A stretch of 63,853 nucleotides of DNA, the filler included, from Reclinomonas americana ATCC 50394 (taxonomy: Eukaryota): the NCBI GenBank assembly GCA_048213135.1. It is 6 parts of 2 records of this genome, joined end to end, with 100 filler letters (N's around TTAATTAATTAA, not from the genome) between each part and the next. Parts side by side here need not be neighbours in the genome. Positions count along the whole stretch, not along the records: positions 12,419 to 40,277 come from PS015339.1; positions 40,378 to 47,101 come from PS015339.1; positions 47,202 to 52,908 come from PS015339.1; 3 more parts are not named here. The stretch is one strand, 5' to 3'. Position 1 is the first letter of the stretch, and each line of letters opens with the position of its first letter. Below are positions 38,601 through 49,899 of the stretch, one piece after another. The notes beneath the pieces were generated by a model. It was not told where the DNA came from. It saw only the letters and a list, made by a program, of their open reading frames with translations, and did not search any database. The position numbers were made by a program, and so were the translations under genes.

Positions 38601-40111
38601 GCAGGAAAGGACCACAAGAACAGGATACATCATCGATTCGTCACATCAAGCTCACCTTCCATTGGCGTCTTGCGCTCGAAAAACATGTGCAGCGTCGCAC
38701 AGAAGCCACTGCGCAATGGCAGCGGTCTGTGTCGTACATCTCCGAGCTGCATGATGGAAGAAGAGACAAGCTGTGGTTGAGACACAGCAAGACCTTTCCT
38801 CTTTCTCTTCCCCGTTCCCCTCCCTTCTCTCCTCCTCCCCACGCAACATGGGCCACCGCCAAATGCGGCACATGCGCATACACATGACTGCCGCGAACCG
38901 ACAAATCGTCGTCGCCCGTGTGGCCCATCACAATCGGGCGACAAAACTCGACGCCGCCCGCTGTCTCGTCGCGAAACGAGCCACCGAGGCACACGCACAC
39001 CGTCACCAACGAGTCGTCGGCCGTGAAAACACCGCACGGAGGCGCCTCCGCACTGGGCGAGTCGCGAAACGTGTCGTCCCACTGCGCCCGACGCCAGCGA
39101 ATGACAGCGCGCATGGTGATCTCATTGGCGCCGCCAAAGAGCTCGCGTCGCGGCCGCGCCAAATGCTGCACGACCGGGAACAGGTGCGTGCACAGCTCGT
39201 CGAAGAACGAAGGAGGAAAGGCGAGGTCTTGCGCGAGGTCGATCTCGGAGCCTGCGAGAAGGGGATGAGCAGAGAGAGAGAGAGAGGGAAGGAGATTCTC
39301 GCCGGAGCTGGAGCCGCAACTTGCAGGCAACCCGTGCGCCAGGTAATTCTCCAGTTCCTCCATCAGCGCCTCGCAAAAGTCCGCGCTGAAGGGGGTGAGG
39401 TTGAAGACGTACGGATCGGCGCCGGCCATCACGGGGGAGAGGACCACGGGGGTTTTGCCGGACTGCAGGAGAAGGGAGGGAGAAGGGAGAGGGAAGGGTA
39501 AGCTTCAACTGCTTCCTTGCTCGACAGCTCTCTGTGTCTTGTGTGTGCGTGCTGGCGTGTGTATGCTGTGTCTCCGCTGGTGATGTGCGAGCTTCGATTG
39601 TCTCTTTTTCTGGTGTGCGTTGCTGCCATTGTGGAGTGCTGCGCATTGCCCGGCCTGCAGTCTATGTCTGTCTCGTTCTCTGTCTCTCTCTTTCTAGGTC
39701 AGTTTGAGTCTCCATCTTTGCTGCTTCAGCTCTCAGCAAGCTCTCTCTTTGTTTGCCAGACTGCAAGTCTCTTCTCTGCTCTCTGTGCTCTCTCTTTCTC
39801 TCAGTCTGCCTCCGCACTCAGCCTGAGTCTGTCTCGTTCTCTCTCTCTCTCTCTCATTTGCTCAGTGGGTAACGAGCTTCCTCACTCAGTCTGAGTGTGT
39901 CTTTGTCACTATCATTGCTGCTTCAGCTCCCAGCAAGCCTCTTCTCTCATTCTTTGCCAGACTGCAAGTCTTCTCTCTCTGCTCCTTCTTCATTTCATCT
40001 CTCTCTCTCTCTCTCTCTCTCTGTGCATCACTCACCGAGGTCCGATCCACATATCGCCAGTCGACAAAGCGCGTGGCGCGCGGTTGCAGCTGCACATCGC
40101 GACGCACAGGC
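35662..40111 (-). CDS. Multidomain protein: degenerate 2OG-Fe(II) oxygenase - F-box - LRR - ubiquitin-like - inactive E2 (UEV); 5' incomplete
   Basis: Phase-consistent exon chain: PFSADFCEALMEELE / ADDSLVTVCVCLGGSF..GGVEF / LGDVRHRPLPLRSG; LWGLCEYAFVHMLSYLSTPCVVKLSSVCGRLR; LRQILFHCQDTVRHVVLDGC..CPLLQSISI; TVDEFKYLLEMQ..LADGKTLRDYAI; DDYPWSPPLIRVVSDLDHPSIDADTRLWLNY..WSPSF. Confidence 0.78.
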
Positions 40112-40224
40112 CTACACAAAGAGAGAGAGAGAGAAGAGTGTGTGTGAGAGAGAGAAGGAGAGAGAGAAGAGTGAGAGAGAAGAGAGTGAAGGACAGACAG
40201 AATGTGAGCGAAACAGTGAAAGAA

Positions 40225-40261
<37 letters not shown>

Positions 40262-40746
40262 GAGAGAGAGGAGGACGNNNNNNNNNNNNNNNNNNNNNNN
40301 NNNNNNNNNNNNNNNNNNNNNTTAATTAATTAANNNNNNNNNNNNNNNNNNNNNNNNNNNNNNNNNNNNNNNNNNNNGAGAGAGAGAGAGAGAGGAGGAG
40401 GGGAGGAGGATGGAGAGGGAGAGGAAGGGAGACAGAGAACGCGTGTGATCGACCGCGTGTTCTGCGTGCGTGTGAATGCAGTCCTTGTGTTGGAGGACGA
40501 TTGATTGCTCCGTTGTCGAAGTTCGTGAAGGGTTTGTGGTCAACCTGGACCTCCTAGCGTGCACTCAGAACGTGTGCTTCGCCCTGCACACCTCGACTTA
40601 ACAGAGGTCCACCCCAGTTGCACGACTATTCATACATTACGAGACTACCAGAAGGCTTCGTGAGACGCAACACGACAAGCAACAAGAGAACACAGAAGAA
40701 AACACAACATCCTCTCAACACATGTGTCCATTCCTTTTCCCCACAA

Positions 40747-41832
40747 TCACAGGCTGTCGTTCGTGAAGCACCGATGCACGACGACCTCTGCCTCCTCCAC
40801 CACAAAACAGCGCATTACAATCTCCACCAAACAGCGCGGATCTGGATCGTCTTCCCCTTCACCCTCAACCTGCATCTCCTGCACTGCTTGCATCGCCGAC
40901 TGTGCGCATTCGAGCTCCTGTCGAGCGAGGCCGTAAGGTGTGGACCACACGCGCACTGCGTTGTCCTGGCTTCCACTCACGATGTGTTACCCATCTGGGG
41001 AGACGGCGACAGAGTTCACTTGCCCAGTGTGCCCTACCAACCGCCACACTTCCTCGCCACTCGCCATTAACCAGATGCGCACTGTGTTGTCCCAGCTGCC
41101 ACTCACAACGTGGCGACCATCGGGAGTGACGGTGACAGACGTAACCGCGCGCGTGTGCCCCATGATTTGTCGCACTTCCTCGCCGCTCTCCACGCACCAT
41201 ACTAGAACCGTCTTATCCCAGCTCCCGCTCACCACGTACCGTCCGTCAGGAGTGACTGCGACAGAGGTCACAGTTCCCGAGTGTCGGTCCCACCGTTGCA
41301 GTTGTTCTCCACTCGCCAGTGACCACACGCACACTGTCTTGTCCGCACTGCCGCTGACAACGCGCTGCCCGTCGGGGGTGACGGCGACAGAGTACACGGC
41401 AAGAGTGTGCCCCTCCAGCCGTTGCACTGTCTCGCCACTCGCCAGCGACCACACTCGCACAGGCATGTCACTGCTCCCACTCACAATGAACTGTCCGTCG
41501 GGAGTGACCGCAACACACAGCACTGCCGCGGTGTGTCCCTTCAACTGCTGTACTTCCTCTCCGCTCGCCAGCGACCACACACGCACAGTACCATCAGCCG
41601 CTCCACTCACAATGTGCACACTGTCTGGAGTGACGGCGACCGCATTCAACCAAATTGTGTGTCCCCGCAAGTGCAGCACTTGCTCTCCACTCGCCACAGA
41701 CCACACTCGCACGATGTGGTCAGCACTACCAGTCACCACATGCTGACCAGTGGGAGTGACTGCGACGGAATAGACGGTGTCGGGGTGTCCATGCAGGCAC
41801 CGAGAAGGGAGAGATGGACTAGCAACGGACAT
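40747..41832 (-). pseudogene. WD40-array copy A with in-frame nonsense codon in blade 7
   Basis: TAA at 40987-40989 where paralogues have Gln (DGQHIVSGS); the frame continues intact to the conserved tail. Confidence 0.8.
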
Positions 41833-42990
41833 GAAGTGTGAGTGTNNNNNNNNNNNNNNNNNNNNNNNNNNNNNNNNNNNNNNNNNNNNNNNNNNNNNNN
41901 NNNNNNNNNNNNNNNNNNNNNNNNNNNNNNNNNNNNNNNNNNNNNNNNNNNNNNNNNNNNNNNNNNNNNNNNNNNNNNNNNNNNNNNNNNNNNNNNNNNN
42001 NNNNNNNNNNNNNNNNNNNNNNNNNNNNNNNNNNNNNNNNNNNNNNNNNNNNNNNNNNNNNNNNNNNNNNNNNNNNNNNNNNNNNNNNNNNNNNNNNNNN
42101 NNNNNNNNNNNNNNNNNNNNNNNNNNNNNNNNNNNNNNNNNNNNNNNNNNNNNNNNNNNNNNNNNNNNNNNNNNNNNNNNNNNNNNNNNNNNNNNNNNNN
42201 NNNNNNNNNNNNNNNNNNNNNNNNNNNNNNNNNNNNNNNNNNNNNNNNNNNNNNNNNNNNNNNNNNNNNNNNNNNNNNNNNNNNNNNNNNNNNNNNNNNN
42301 NNNNNNNNNNNNNNNNNNNNNNNNNNNNNNNNNNNNNNNNNNNNNNNNNNNNNNNNNNNNNNNNNNNNNNNNNNNNNNNNNNNNNNNNNNNNNNNNNNGA
42401 GAGAGAGAGAGAGAGGGTGAGGGAGAAGAAGAAGGAAAGGGAGAAGGGAGAGGAAGGGAGAGGATGGAGAGGGAGAGAGAGAAGAAGAAGGAGAGGGAGA
42501 GGATGGAGAGGGAGAGGAAGGGAGACAGAGAACGCGCGTGCTCGATCGCGTGTTCTGCGTACTTGCGTGTGAATGCAGCGTCCTTGTGTTGGAGGACGAT
42601 TGATTGCTCCGTGGTCGAAGTTTGTTACACGAAGGAGTTTGTGGTCAATCTCAACTCCGTAGCGTGCACCCAGAACGTGTGCTTTGCCCTGCACACCTCG
42701 ACTCAACAGAGGTCCACCCCAGCTGCACGATTCGACGTATTCGTACACTTCATTCGCCACATTCGTCCACAAATCCCTTGCCAACAATGACCAACCTTGG
42801 CACACCAGCAAGTATGCGAAACTCACAATTCCTCTTCTCCAACAATTATCTTCCCTTTCAGGAGGCAACGTCAAACGAGGACACATACATGTATGGTACT
42901 GGGGGACTGCTGGAAGGTACCAAGCGCGACAGAAAGGGACAAGAAATCACAACATCCTCTCAACCCTTATCCCTCGCCTTCTCCTCAAAG

Positions 42991-44085
42991 TCACAGACGA
43001 TGGCTGCCGTCCGGAAAGTATCGATGCACGATGACCTCAGCCTCCTCGACCATGAAACAACGCAGCACGATCTCCACCAAACAGCGCGGATCTGGATCGG
43101 CTTCCCTTTCACCCTCCTCTCGCTGCAGATCCTGCACTGCTTGCATGGCCGACTGCGCGCATCTGACCTCCTGTTGCGCGAGGCCGTAAGGTGTGGACCA
43201 CACGCGCACAGTCTTATCCACAGATCCGCTCACGATGTGCTGACCGTCGGGAGAGACGACGACAGCGAACAGGCTTCTAGTGTGCCCCTCCAGCCGCCGC
43301 ACTTCCTCGCCACTCGCCATGGACCACACTCGCACTGTCGCGTCCCAACCACCACTCACAACGTGTTGGCCATCTGGTGTGACAGCAACAGAGTTTATCG
43401 ACGCAGAGCGCACATCCAGCCGTCGCAATTCCTCTCCACTTGCCAGCGACCACACCCGTATCGTTCTGTCATTGCTCCCACTCACCACGTGCTGGCTGTC
43501 GAGAGTGACGGCGACACAAATCACCAGTCCAGTGTGTCCCTCCATTCGGAGAACTTCATCTCCAGTCGCCAGAGACCACACCCGCACTGCCATGTCACCG
43601 CTCCCGCTGACGATGTAGTGACCATCAGAAGTGACAGTGACAGAGTACACCACGCCAGTGTGTCCCTCAAACCGCCGCACCTCTTCCCCACTCGCCAGAG
43701 ACCACACACGCACCGTCTGATCATGGCTCCCGCTCACTACGTGCTGGCTGTCGGGGGAGATAGCGACAGACATCACCCAGCCAGTGTGCCCTCTCAGCCG
43801 CCGCAACTGTTGCCCACTTGCCAGCGACCACACTCGCACAGTTCGGTCACGACTCCCGCTCACCACGTGCAGGCCATCGGGAGTAACAGCAACAGAGAAC
43901 ACCAACCCCTTGTGTCGTTGCGAGTGCTGTACCTGTTCTCCACTCGCCAGCGACCATACGCGCACAATCGCGTCGTCGCCCGCACTGACAACATGTTGGC
44001 CGTCCACAGTGACAGCGACGGAGTGGATGGCGCTGGTGTGCCCGCAAAGGCATCGGTAGGGGAGATATTGAGGCGCCAGGGACAT
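42991..44085 (-). CDS. Intronless 7-blade WD40 protein with conserved tail (copy B)
   Basis: MSLAPQYLPYRCLCGH..., seven repeats, tail STPYGLAQQEVRCAQSAM...RCLVEIVLRCFMVEEA. Confidence 0.92.
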   Translation of the reverse strand: MSLAPQYLPYRCLCGHTSAIHSVAVTVDGQHVVSAGDDAIVRVWSLASGEQVQHSQRHKGLVFSVAVTPDGLHVVSGSRDRTVRVWSLASGQQLRRLRGHTGWVMSVAISPDSQHVVSGSHDQTVRVWSLASGEEVRRFEGHTGVVYSVTVTSDGHYIVSGSGDMAVRVWSLATGDEVLRMEGHTGLVICVAVTLDSQHVVSGSNDRTIRVWSLASGEELRRLDVRSASINSVAVTPDGQHVVSGGWDATVRVWSMASGEEVRRLEGHTRSLFAVVVSPDGQHIVSGSVDKTVRVWSTPYGLAQQEVRCAQSAMQAVQDLQREEGEREADPDPRCLVEIVLRCFMVEEAEVIVHRYFPDGSHRL

Positions 44086-44390
44086 GTTGCGTGTGTGTGG
44101 AGCAGAGGGAGGGAGACAGAGAGATTGTGTTCTCAGGATGTTCGAGTGTATAGTGTAAACACGGTCCTGCTCCATTGTCGAAGTTCCTTGCATGAAGTGG
44201 TTTGAGCACCCTCAACTCCTAGCGTACGCCCAGAAACATGTACTATGCCCTGCGCACTTCGACTCAACGAAGGTCCACCCCAGCTGCACGAATCGACGTA
44301 TTCATGCATTACGAGTCATCACAACAGAAAAAGACAAATAAAACACAACATCCTCAACTCTCATCCCTCTCCTTCCTCAAAAAGTCACAG

Positions 44391-45476
44391 CTAGAAGTAG
44401 CCGTTTGCAAAGCATCGATGCACAACAACCGCGGCCTCCTCGACCATGAAACAACGCAGCACGATCTCTGCGAGGCAGCGCAAATCGCGTTTCTCCTCCA
44501 CTTCTTCTTCCTCCCGACGCTCCTCTCGCTGCATCTCCTGCACCGCGCGCATCGCCGATCGCGCGCAGTCGAGCTCCTGTTGCGCGAGTCCACATGGTGT
44601 GGACCACAGTCGCACTGTCTTATCCACAGATCCGCTCACGATGTGCTGCCCATTGGGAGAGACAACGACAGAGTTCACTTGCCCCTCCAACCGCCGCACT
44701 TCCTCCCCACTCGCCACGGACCACACTCGCACGCTCTTGTCCCAACTGCCACTCACGATGTGCTGGCCATCTGGGGTGACGGCGACAGAGGACAAAGAGC
44801 GCACCTCCAGCCGTTGCAATTCCTCTCCACTCGCCAGTGACCACACCCGTACCGTGCCGTCATTGCCCCCACTCACCACGTGCTGGTTATCGAGAGTGAC
44901 GGCAACACGAATCACCAATCCAGTGTGTCCCTCCAGCCGTCGCACCTCTGCGCCACACTCCAGCGACCACACCCGCACTGTCTTGTCTCCACTCCCACTG
45001 ACGATGAACAGACCATCGCGCGTGACGGACACAGCGTACACCACACTAGTGTGTCCCTCCAACCGCCGCACCTCTGCGCCACTCGCCAGAGACCACACAC
45101 GCACCGTCTGCTCATGACCTCCACTCACCACGTGCTGGCTGTCGGGAGTCACCGCGACAGAATACACCGTGTGTGCATGTCCCCTCATTTGGTGCACCTC
45201 CACCCCACTTGCCAGTGACCACACTCGCACCGTCTGGTCATAACTCCCACTCACCACGTGCTGGCTGTCGGGAGTGACAGCAAGAGAGGATATCGCTTCC
45301 GTGTGTCCCTGCATCTGTTGCACCTCCTCGCCACTGGCCAGCGACCATACGCGCACAATCGAGTCATCGCCCGCACTGATGATGTGCAGGCTGTCGGCGG
45401 TGACAGCGACTCTTTCCACGGAGTGGGTGAGTACGCACAGGCATCGGGAAGGGAGAGATGGAGGCGCAGCGGACAT
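44391..45476 (-). CDS. Intronless 7-blade WD40 protein with conserved tail (copy C)
   Basis: MSAAPPSLPSRCLC..., seven repeats with small deletions in blades 6-7, tail RCLAEIVLRCFMVEEA. Confidence 0.9.
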   Translation of the reverse strand: MSAAPPSLPSRCLCVLTHSVERVAVTADSLHIISAGDDSIVRVWSLASGEEVQQMQGHTEAISSLAVTPDSQHVVSGSYDQTVRVWSLASGVEVHQMRGHAHTVYSVAVTPDSQHVVSGGHEQTVRVWSLASGAEVRRLEGHTSVVYAVSVTRDGLFIVSGSGDKTVRVWSLECGAEVRRLEGHTGLVIRVAVTLDNQHVVSGGNDGTVRVWSLASGEELQRLEVRSLSSVAVTPDGQHIVSGSWDKSVRVWSVASGEEVRRLEGQVNSVVVSPNGQHIVSGSVDKTVRLWSTPCGLAQQELDCARSAMRAVQEMQREERREEEEVEEKRDLRCLAEIVLRCFMVEEAAVVVHRCFANGYF

Positions 45477-45847
45477 GAGGTGTGTGTGAGAGAGAGAGAG
45501 AAGGGGGAGAAGAAGAAGGAGAAGGGAGGGAGTCGTGTGTGTGCTTGATCGAGTGTTTCTGCGCGTGTTCGCCGCGAGGACAAGATTGTTCGGTTGTCGA
45601 AGTTTGTTACATGAAGGGGGTTTTTGAGCAACCTCGACCTCCCAGCGTGCACCCAGAACGTGTGCTTTACCCTGCACACCTCGACTCAACAGAGGCTCAC
45701 CCCAGTTGCACGACTCGACGTATTCATACATTACGAGACGTACCAGAAGGCTTCCTGATCAGGAGAAGCAACACGACAAGCAACAAGAGAACACAGAAGA
45801 AAACACAACATCCTCTCAACACATGTGTCCATTCCTTTCCCCCACAA

Positions 45848-46933
45848 TCACAGGCTGTCGGTCGTGAAACACCGATAGACAATGACCTGTGCCTCCTCCA
45901 CCACAAAACAGCGCAACACAATCTCCACCAAACAGCGCGGATCCGGGTCGTCTTCCCCTTCCCCCTCGATAGGCATCTCCTGCACTACTTGCAGGGCCGA
46001 CTGTGCGTATTCGAGCTCCTGTCGAGCCAATCCACACGATGTGGACCACAGTCGCACGGCCTTGTCCTGGCTTCCACTCACAATGTATTGACCGTCGGGG
46101 GAGACGGCGACAGAGTTCACTTGCCCAGTGTTCCCGTCCAACCGCCGCACTTCCTCGCCACTCGCCATGAACCAGATGCGAACTGTGTTGTCCCAGCTGC
46201 CACTCACAACGTGGCGACCATCGGGAGTGACGGTGACAGACGTAACCACGCGTGTGTGCCCCTCTAATCGTCGCAATTCCTCGCCGCTCTCCACGCACCA
46301 TACTAGAACCGTTTTATCCCAGCTCCCGCTCACCACGTACCGTCCGTCAGGAGTGACTGCGACAGAGGTCACAGTTCCCGAGTGTCGGTCCCACCGTCGC
46401 AGTTGTTCTCCACTCGCCAGGGACCACACGCACACTGTCTTGTCCCCACTCCCGCTGACAACATGCTGACCGTCGGGGGTGACGGCGACAGAGTACACGG
46501 CGCGAGTGTGCCCCTCCAGCCATTGCACTGTCTCGCCGCTCGCCAGCGACCACACTCGCACACGCACGTCATCGCTCCCACTCACAATGAACTGTCCGTC
46601 GGGAGTGACCGCAACACACAGCACTGCCGCGGTGTGTCCCTTTAACTGCTGTACTTCCTCTCCGCTCGCCAGCGACCACACACGCACAGTACCATCAGCC
46701 GCTCCACTCACAATGTGCTCACCGTTGGGAGTGACGGCGACTGCATTCAACCAACTTGTGTGTCCCTGCAAGTGCAGCACCTGCTCTCCACTCGCCACAG
46801 ACCACACTCGCACGCTGCTGTCAGCACTACCAGTCACCACATGCTGACCAGTGGGAGTGACTGCGACGGAATAGACGGTGTCGGGGTGTCCATGCAGGCA
46901 TCGAGAAGGGAGAGATGGACGTGCAACGGACAT
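45848..46933 (-). CDS. Intronless 7-blade WD40 protein with conserved tail (copy D)
   Basis: MSVARPSLPSRCLHGHPDTVYS...; close paralogue of copy A. Confidence 0.92.
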   Translation of the reverse strand: MSVARPSLPSRCLHGHPDTVYSVAVTPTGQHVVTGSADSSVRVWSVASGEQVLHLQGHTSWLNAVAVTPNGEHIVSGAADGTVRVWSLASGEEVQQLKGHTAAVLCVAVTPDGQFIVSGSDDVRVRVWSLASGETVQWLEGHTRAVYSVAVTPDGQHVVSGSGDKTVCVWSLASGEQLRRWDRHSGTVTSVAVTPDGRYVVSGSWDKTVLVWCVESGEELRRLEGHTRVVTSVTVTPDGRHVVSGSWDNTVRIWFMASGEEVRRLDGNTGQVNSVAVSPDGQYIVSGSQDKAVRLWSTSCGLARQELEYAQSALQVVQEMPIEGEGEDDPDPRCLVEIVLRCFVVEEAQVIVYRCFTTDSL

Positions 46934-47201
46934 GAAGTGCGTGAGAGAGAGAGAGGGTGAGGGAGAGGATGGAGAGGGAGAGGAAGGGAGACAGCGTGTG
47001 CTCGATCGCGTGTTCTGCGAACTTGCGTGTGAATGCAGCGTCCTCATGTTGGAGGACGATTGATTGCTCCGAAGCTCGTGAAGGGTTTGTGGTCAACCTG
47101 GNNNNNNNNNNNNNNNNNNNNNNNNNNNNNNNNNNNNNNNNNNNNTTAATTAATTAANNNNNNNNNNNNNNNNNNNNNNNNNNNNNNNNNNNNNNNNNNN
47201 N

Positions 47202-47555
47202 ACTCACAATAAACTGACCATCCGGAGAGACGGCAACGCAACGCACTGAAGCACTGTCTATCTTCAACCGCTGCACTTCCTCTCCGCTCGCCAGCGACCA
47301 CACACGCACAGTGCCATCAACCGCTCCACTCACAATGTGCTCACCGTTGGGAGTGACGGCGACCGCATGCACCCAATGTGTGTTTCCCTGCAAGTGCAGC
47401 ACTTGCTCTCCACTCACCACAGACCACACTCGCACGCTGCGATCAGCACTCCCAGTCACCACATGTTGGCCAGTGGGAGTGAATGCGACGCAATGGACAT
47501 TGCTAGGGTGTCCGTGCAGGCATCGTGAAGGGAGAGATGGAGGCGCAACGGACAT
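47202..47555 (-). CDS. WD40-array copy E (blades 1-3, truncated by contig end)
   Basis: MSVAPPSLPSRCLHGHPSNVHCVAFTPTG...DGQFIVS. Confidence 0.85.
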
Positions 47556-47959
47556 GAGGTGTGAGTGAGAGAGAGAGAGAGAGAGGGTGAGGGAGAAGAA
47601 GAAGGAGAGGGAGAAGGGAGAGGGAGAGGAAGGGAGACAAAGAACGCGTGTGCTCGAGTGCGTTCTGCGTACTTGCGTGTGAATGCAGTCCTTGTGTTGG
47701 AGGACGATTGATTGCTCCGTTGTCGAAGTGTTACATGAAGGGGGTTTTTGAGCAACCTCGACCTCCCAGCGTGCACCCAGAACGTGTGCTTTGCCCTGCA
47801 CACCTCGACTCAACAGAGGTCCACCCCCAGCTGCACGACTATTCATTCATTAGGAGACTGCCAGAAGGCTTCCTGAGAAGCAACACGACAAGCAACAAGA
47901 GAACACAGAAGAAAACACAACATACTCTCAACACATGTATCCATTTCTTTCCCCCACAA

Positions 47960-49899
47960 TCAAAGGCTGTCGCTCGTGAAGCACCGATGCATGACGACCT
48001 CTGCCTCCTCCACCACAAAACAGCGCATCACAATCTCCACCAAACAGCGCGGATCCGAATCGTCTTCCCCTTCTCCCTCGACCTGCATCTCCTGCACTAC
48101 TTGCAGGGCCGACTGCGCGCATCTGACCTCCTGTCGAGCGAGTCCATACGATGTGGACCACACGCGCACTGTCTTATCCACGGATCCGCTCACAACGTGT
48201 TGACCGTCAGGGGAGACGGCGACAGAGTACACTGGCCCAGTGTGCCCTACCAACCGCCGCACTTCCTCGCCACTCGCCATGAACCAGATGCACACTGTGT
48301 TGTCCCAGCTGCCACTCACCACGTGGCGATCATCGGGAGTGACGGCGACAGTCGTAACCCTTTGCGAGTGCCCCTCCAATCGTCGTACTACCTCGCCGCT
48401 CTCCATGCACCATACTAGAACCGTCCTATCCCAGCTCCCGCTCACCACGTGCCGACCGTCGGGAGTGACTGCGACTGAGGCAACGGCTGCCGAGTGACCT
48501 CTCCACCGTCGCGGTTGTTCTCCACTCGCCAGTGACCACACGCACACTGTGTTGTCCGCACTCCCACTGACAACATGCTGACCGTCAGGAGCAAAGGCAA
48601 CAGAGTACACGGCACGAGTGTGCCCCTCCAGCCGTTGCACTGTCTCGCCACTCGCCAGCGACCACACTCGCACACTCTTGTCACCGCTCCCNNNNNNNNN
48701 NNNNNNNNNNNNNNNNNNNNNNNNNNNNNNNNNNNNNNNNNNNNNNNNNNNNNNNNNNNNNNNNNNNNNNNNNNNNNNNNNNNNNNNNNNNNNNNNNNNN
48801 NNNNNNNNNNNNNNNNNNNNNNNNNNNNNNNNNNNNNNNNNNNNNNNNNNNNNNNNNNNNNNNNNNNNNNNNNNNNNNNNNNNNNNNNNNNNNNNNNNNN
48901 NNNNNNNNNNNNNNNNNNNNNNNNNNNNNNNNNNNNNNNNNNNNNNNNNNNNNNNNNNNNNNNNNNNNNNNNNNNNNNNNNNNNNNNNNNNNNNNNNNNN
49001 NNNNNNNNNNNNNNNNNNNNNNNNNNNNNNNNNNNNNNNNNNNNNNNNNNNNNNNNNNNNNNNNNNNNNNNNNNNNNNNNNNNNNNNNNNNNNNNNNNNN
49101 NNNNNNNNNNNNNNNNNNNNNNNNNNNNNNNNNNNNNNNNNNNNNNNNNNNNNNNNNNNNNNNNNNNNNNNNNNNNNNNNNNNNNNNNNNNNNNNNNNNN
49201 NNNNNNNNNNNNNNNNNNNNNNNNNNNNNNNNNNNNNNNNNNNNNNNNNNNNNNNNNNNNNNNNNNNNNNNNNNNNNNNNNNNNNNNNNNNNNNNNNNNN
49301 NNNNNNNNNNNNNNNNNNNNNNNNNNNNNNNNNNNNNNNNNNNNNNNNNNNNNNNNNNNNNNNNNNNNNNNNNNNNNNNNNNNNNNNNNNNNNNNNNNNN
49401 NNNNNNNNNNNNNNNNNNNNNNNNNNNNNNNNNNNNNNNNNNNNNNNNNNNNNNNNNNNNNNNNNNNNNNNNNNNNNNNNNNNNNNNNNNNNNNNNNNNN
49501 NNNNNNNNNNNNNNNNNNNNNNNNNNNNNNNNNNNNNNNNNNNNNNNNACTCACAATGAACTGACCATCCGGAGAGACGGCAACGCAACGCACTGAAGAT
49601 TTGTCTATCTTCAACCGCTGCACCTCCTCGCCACTCGCCAGTGACCATACGCACACAGTGCCATCAACCGCTCCACTCACAATGTGCTCACTATCGGGAG
49701 TGACGGCGACGGCTTTCAGCCTACTTCTGTGTCCCTGCAAATGCAACACCTGCTCTCCACTCGCCACAGACCACACTCGCACGCTGCATCCACTCGCAGA
49801 CACCACATGTTGACCAGTGGGAGTGACTGCGACGGAATAGACGGTGTCGGGGTGTCCATGCAGGCATCGGCAATGGAGAGATGGATGTGCAACGGACAT
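47960..49899 (-). CDS. WD40-array copy F (two halves flanking an N-gap; may be two genes)
   Basis: N-half ends QFIVS at 49549; C-half starts GSGDKS at 48691 and runs to the conserved tail. Confidence 0.8.

Noticed and set aside
40987..40989. TAA at a Gln position suggesting a TAR=Gln genetic code
   Set aside because: Single case; no in-frame TAR in other Gln-rich ORFs, TAA follows the CaaX box (20228) and TAG ends copy C at the homologous position
42604..44205. 533-aa plus-strand ORF and similar antisense ORFs over the WD40 and LETM1 genes
   Set aside because: Antisense shadows of GC-rich coding sequence with no motif support
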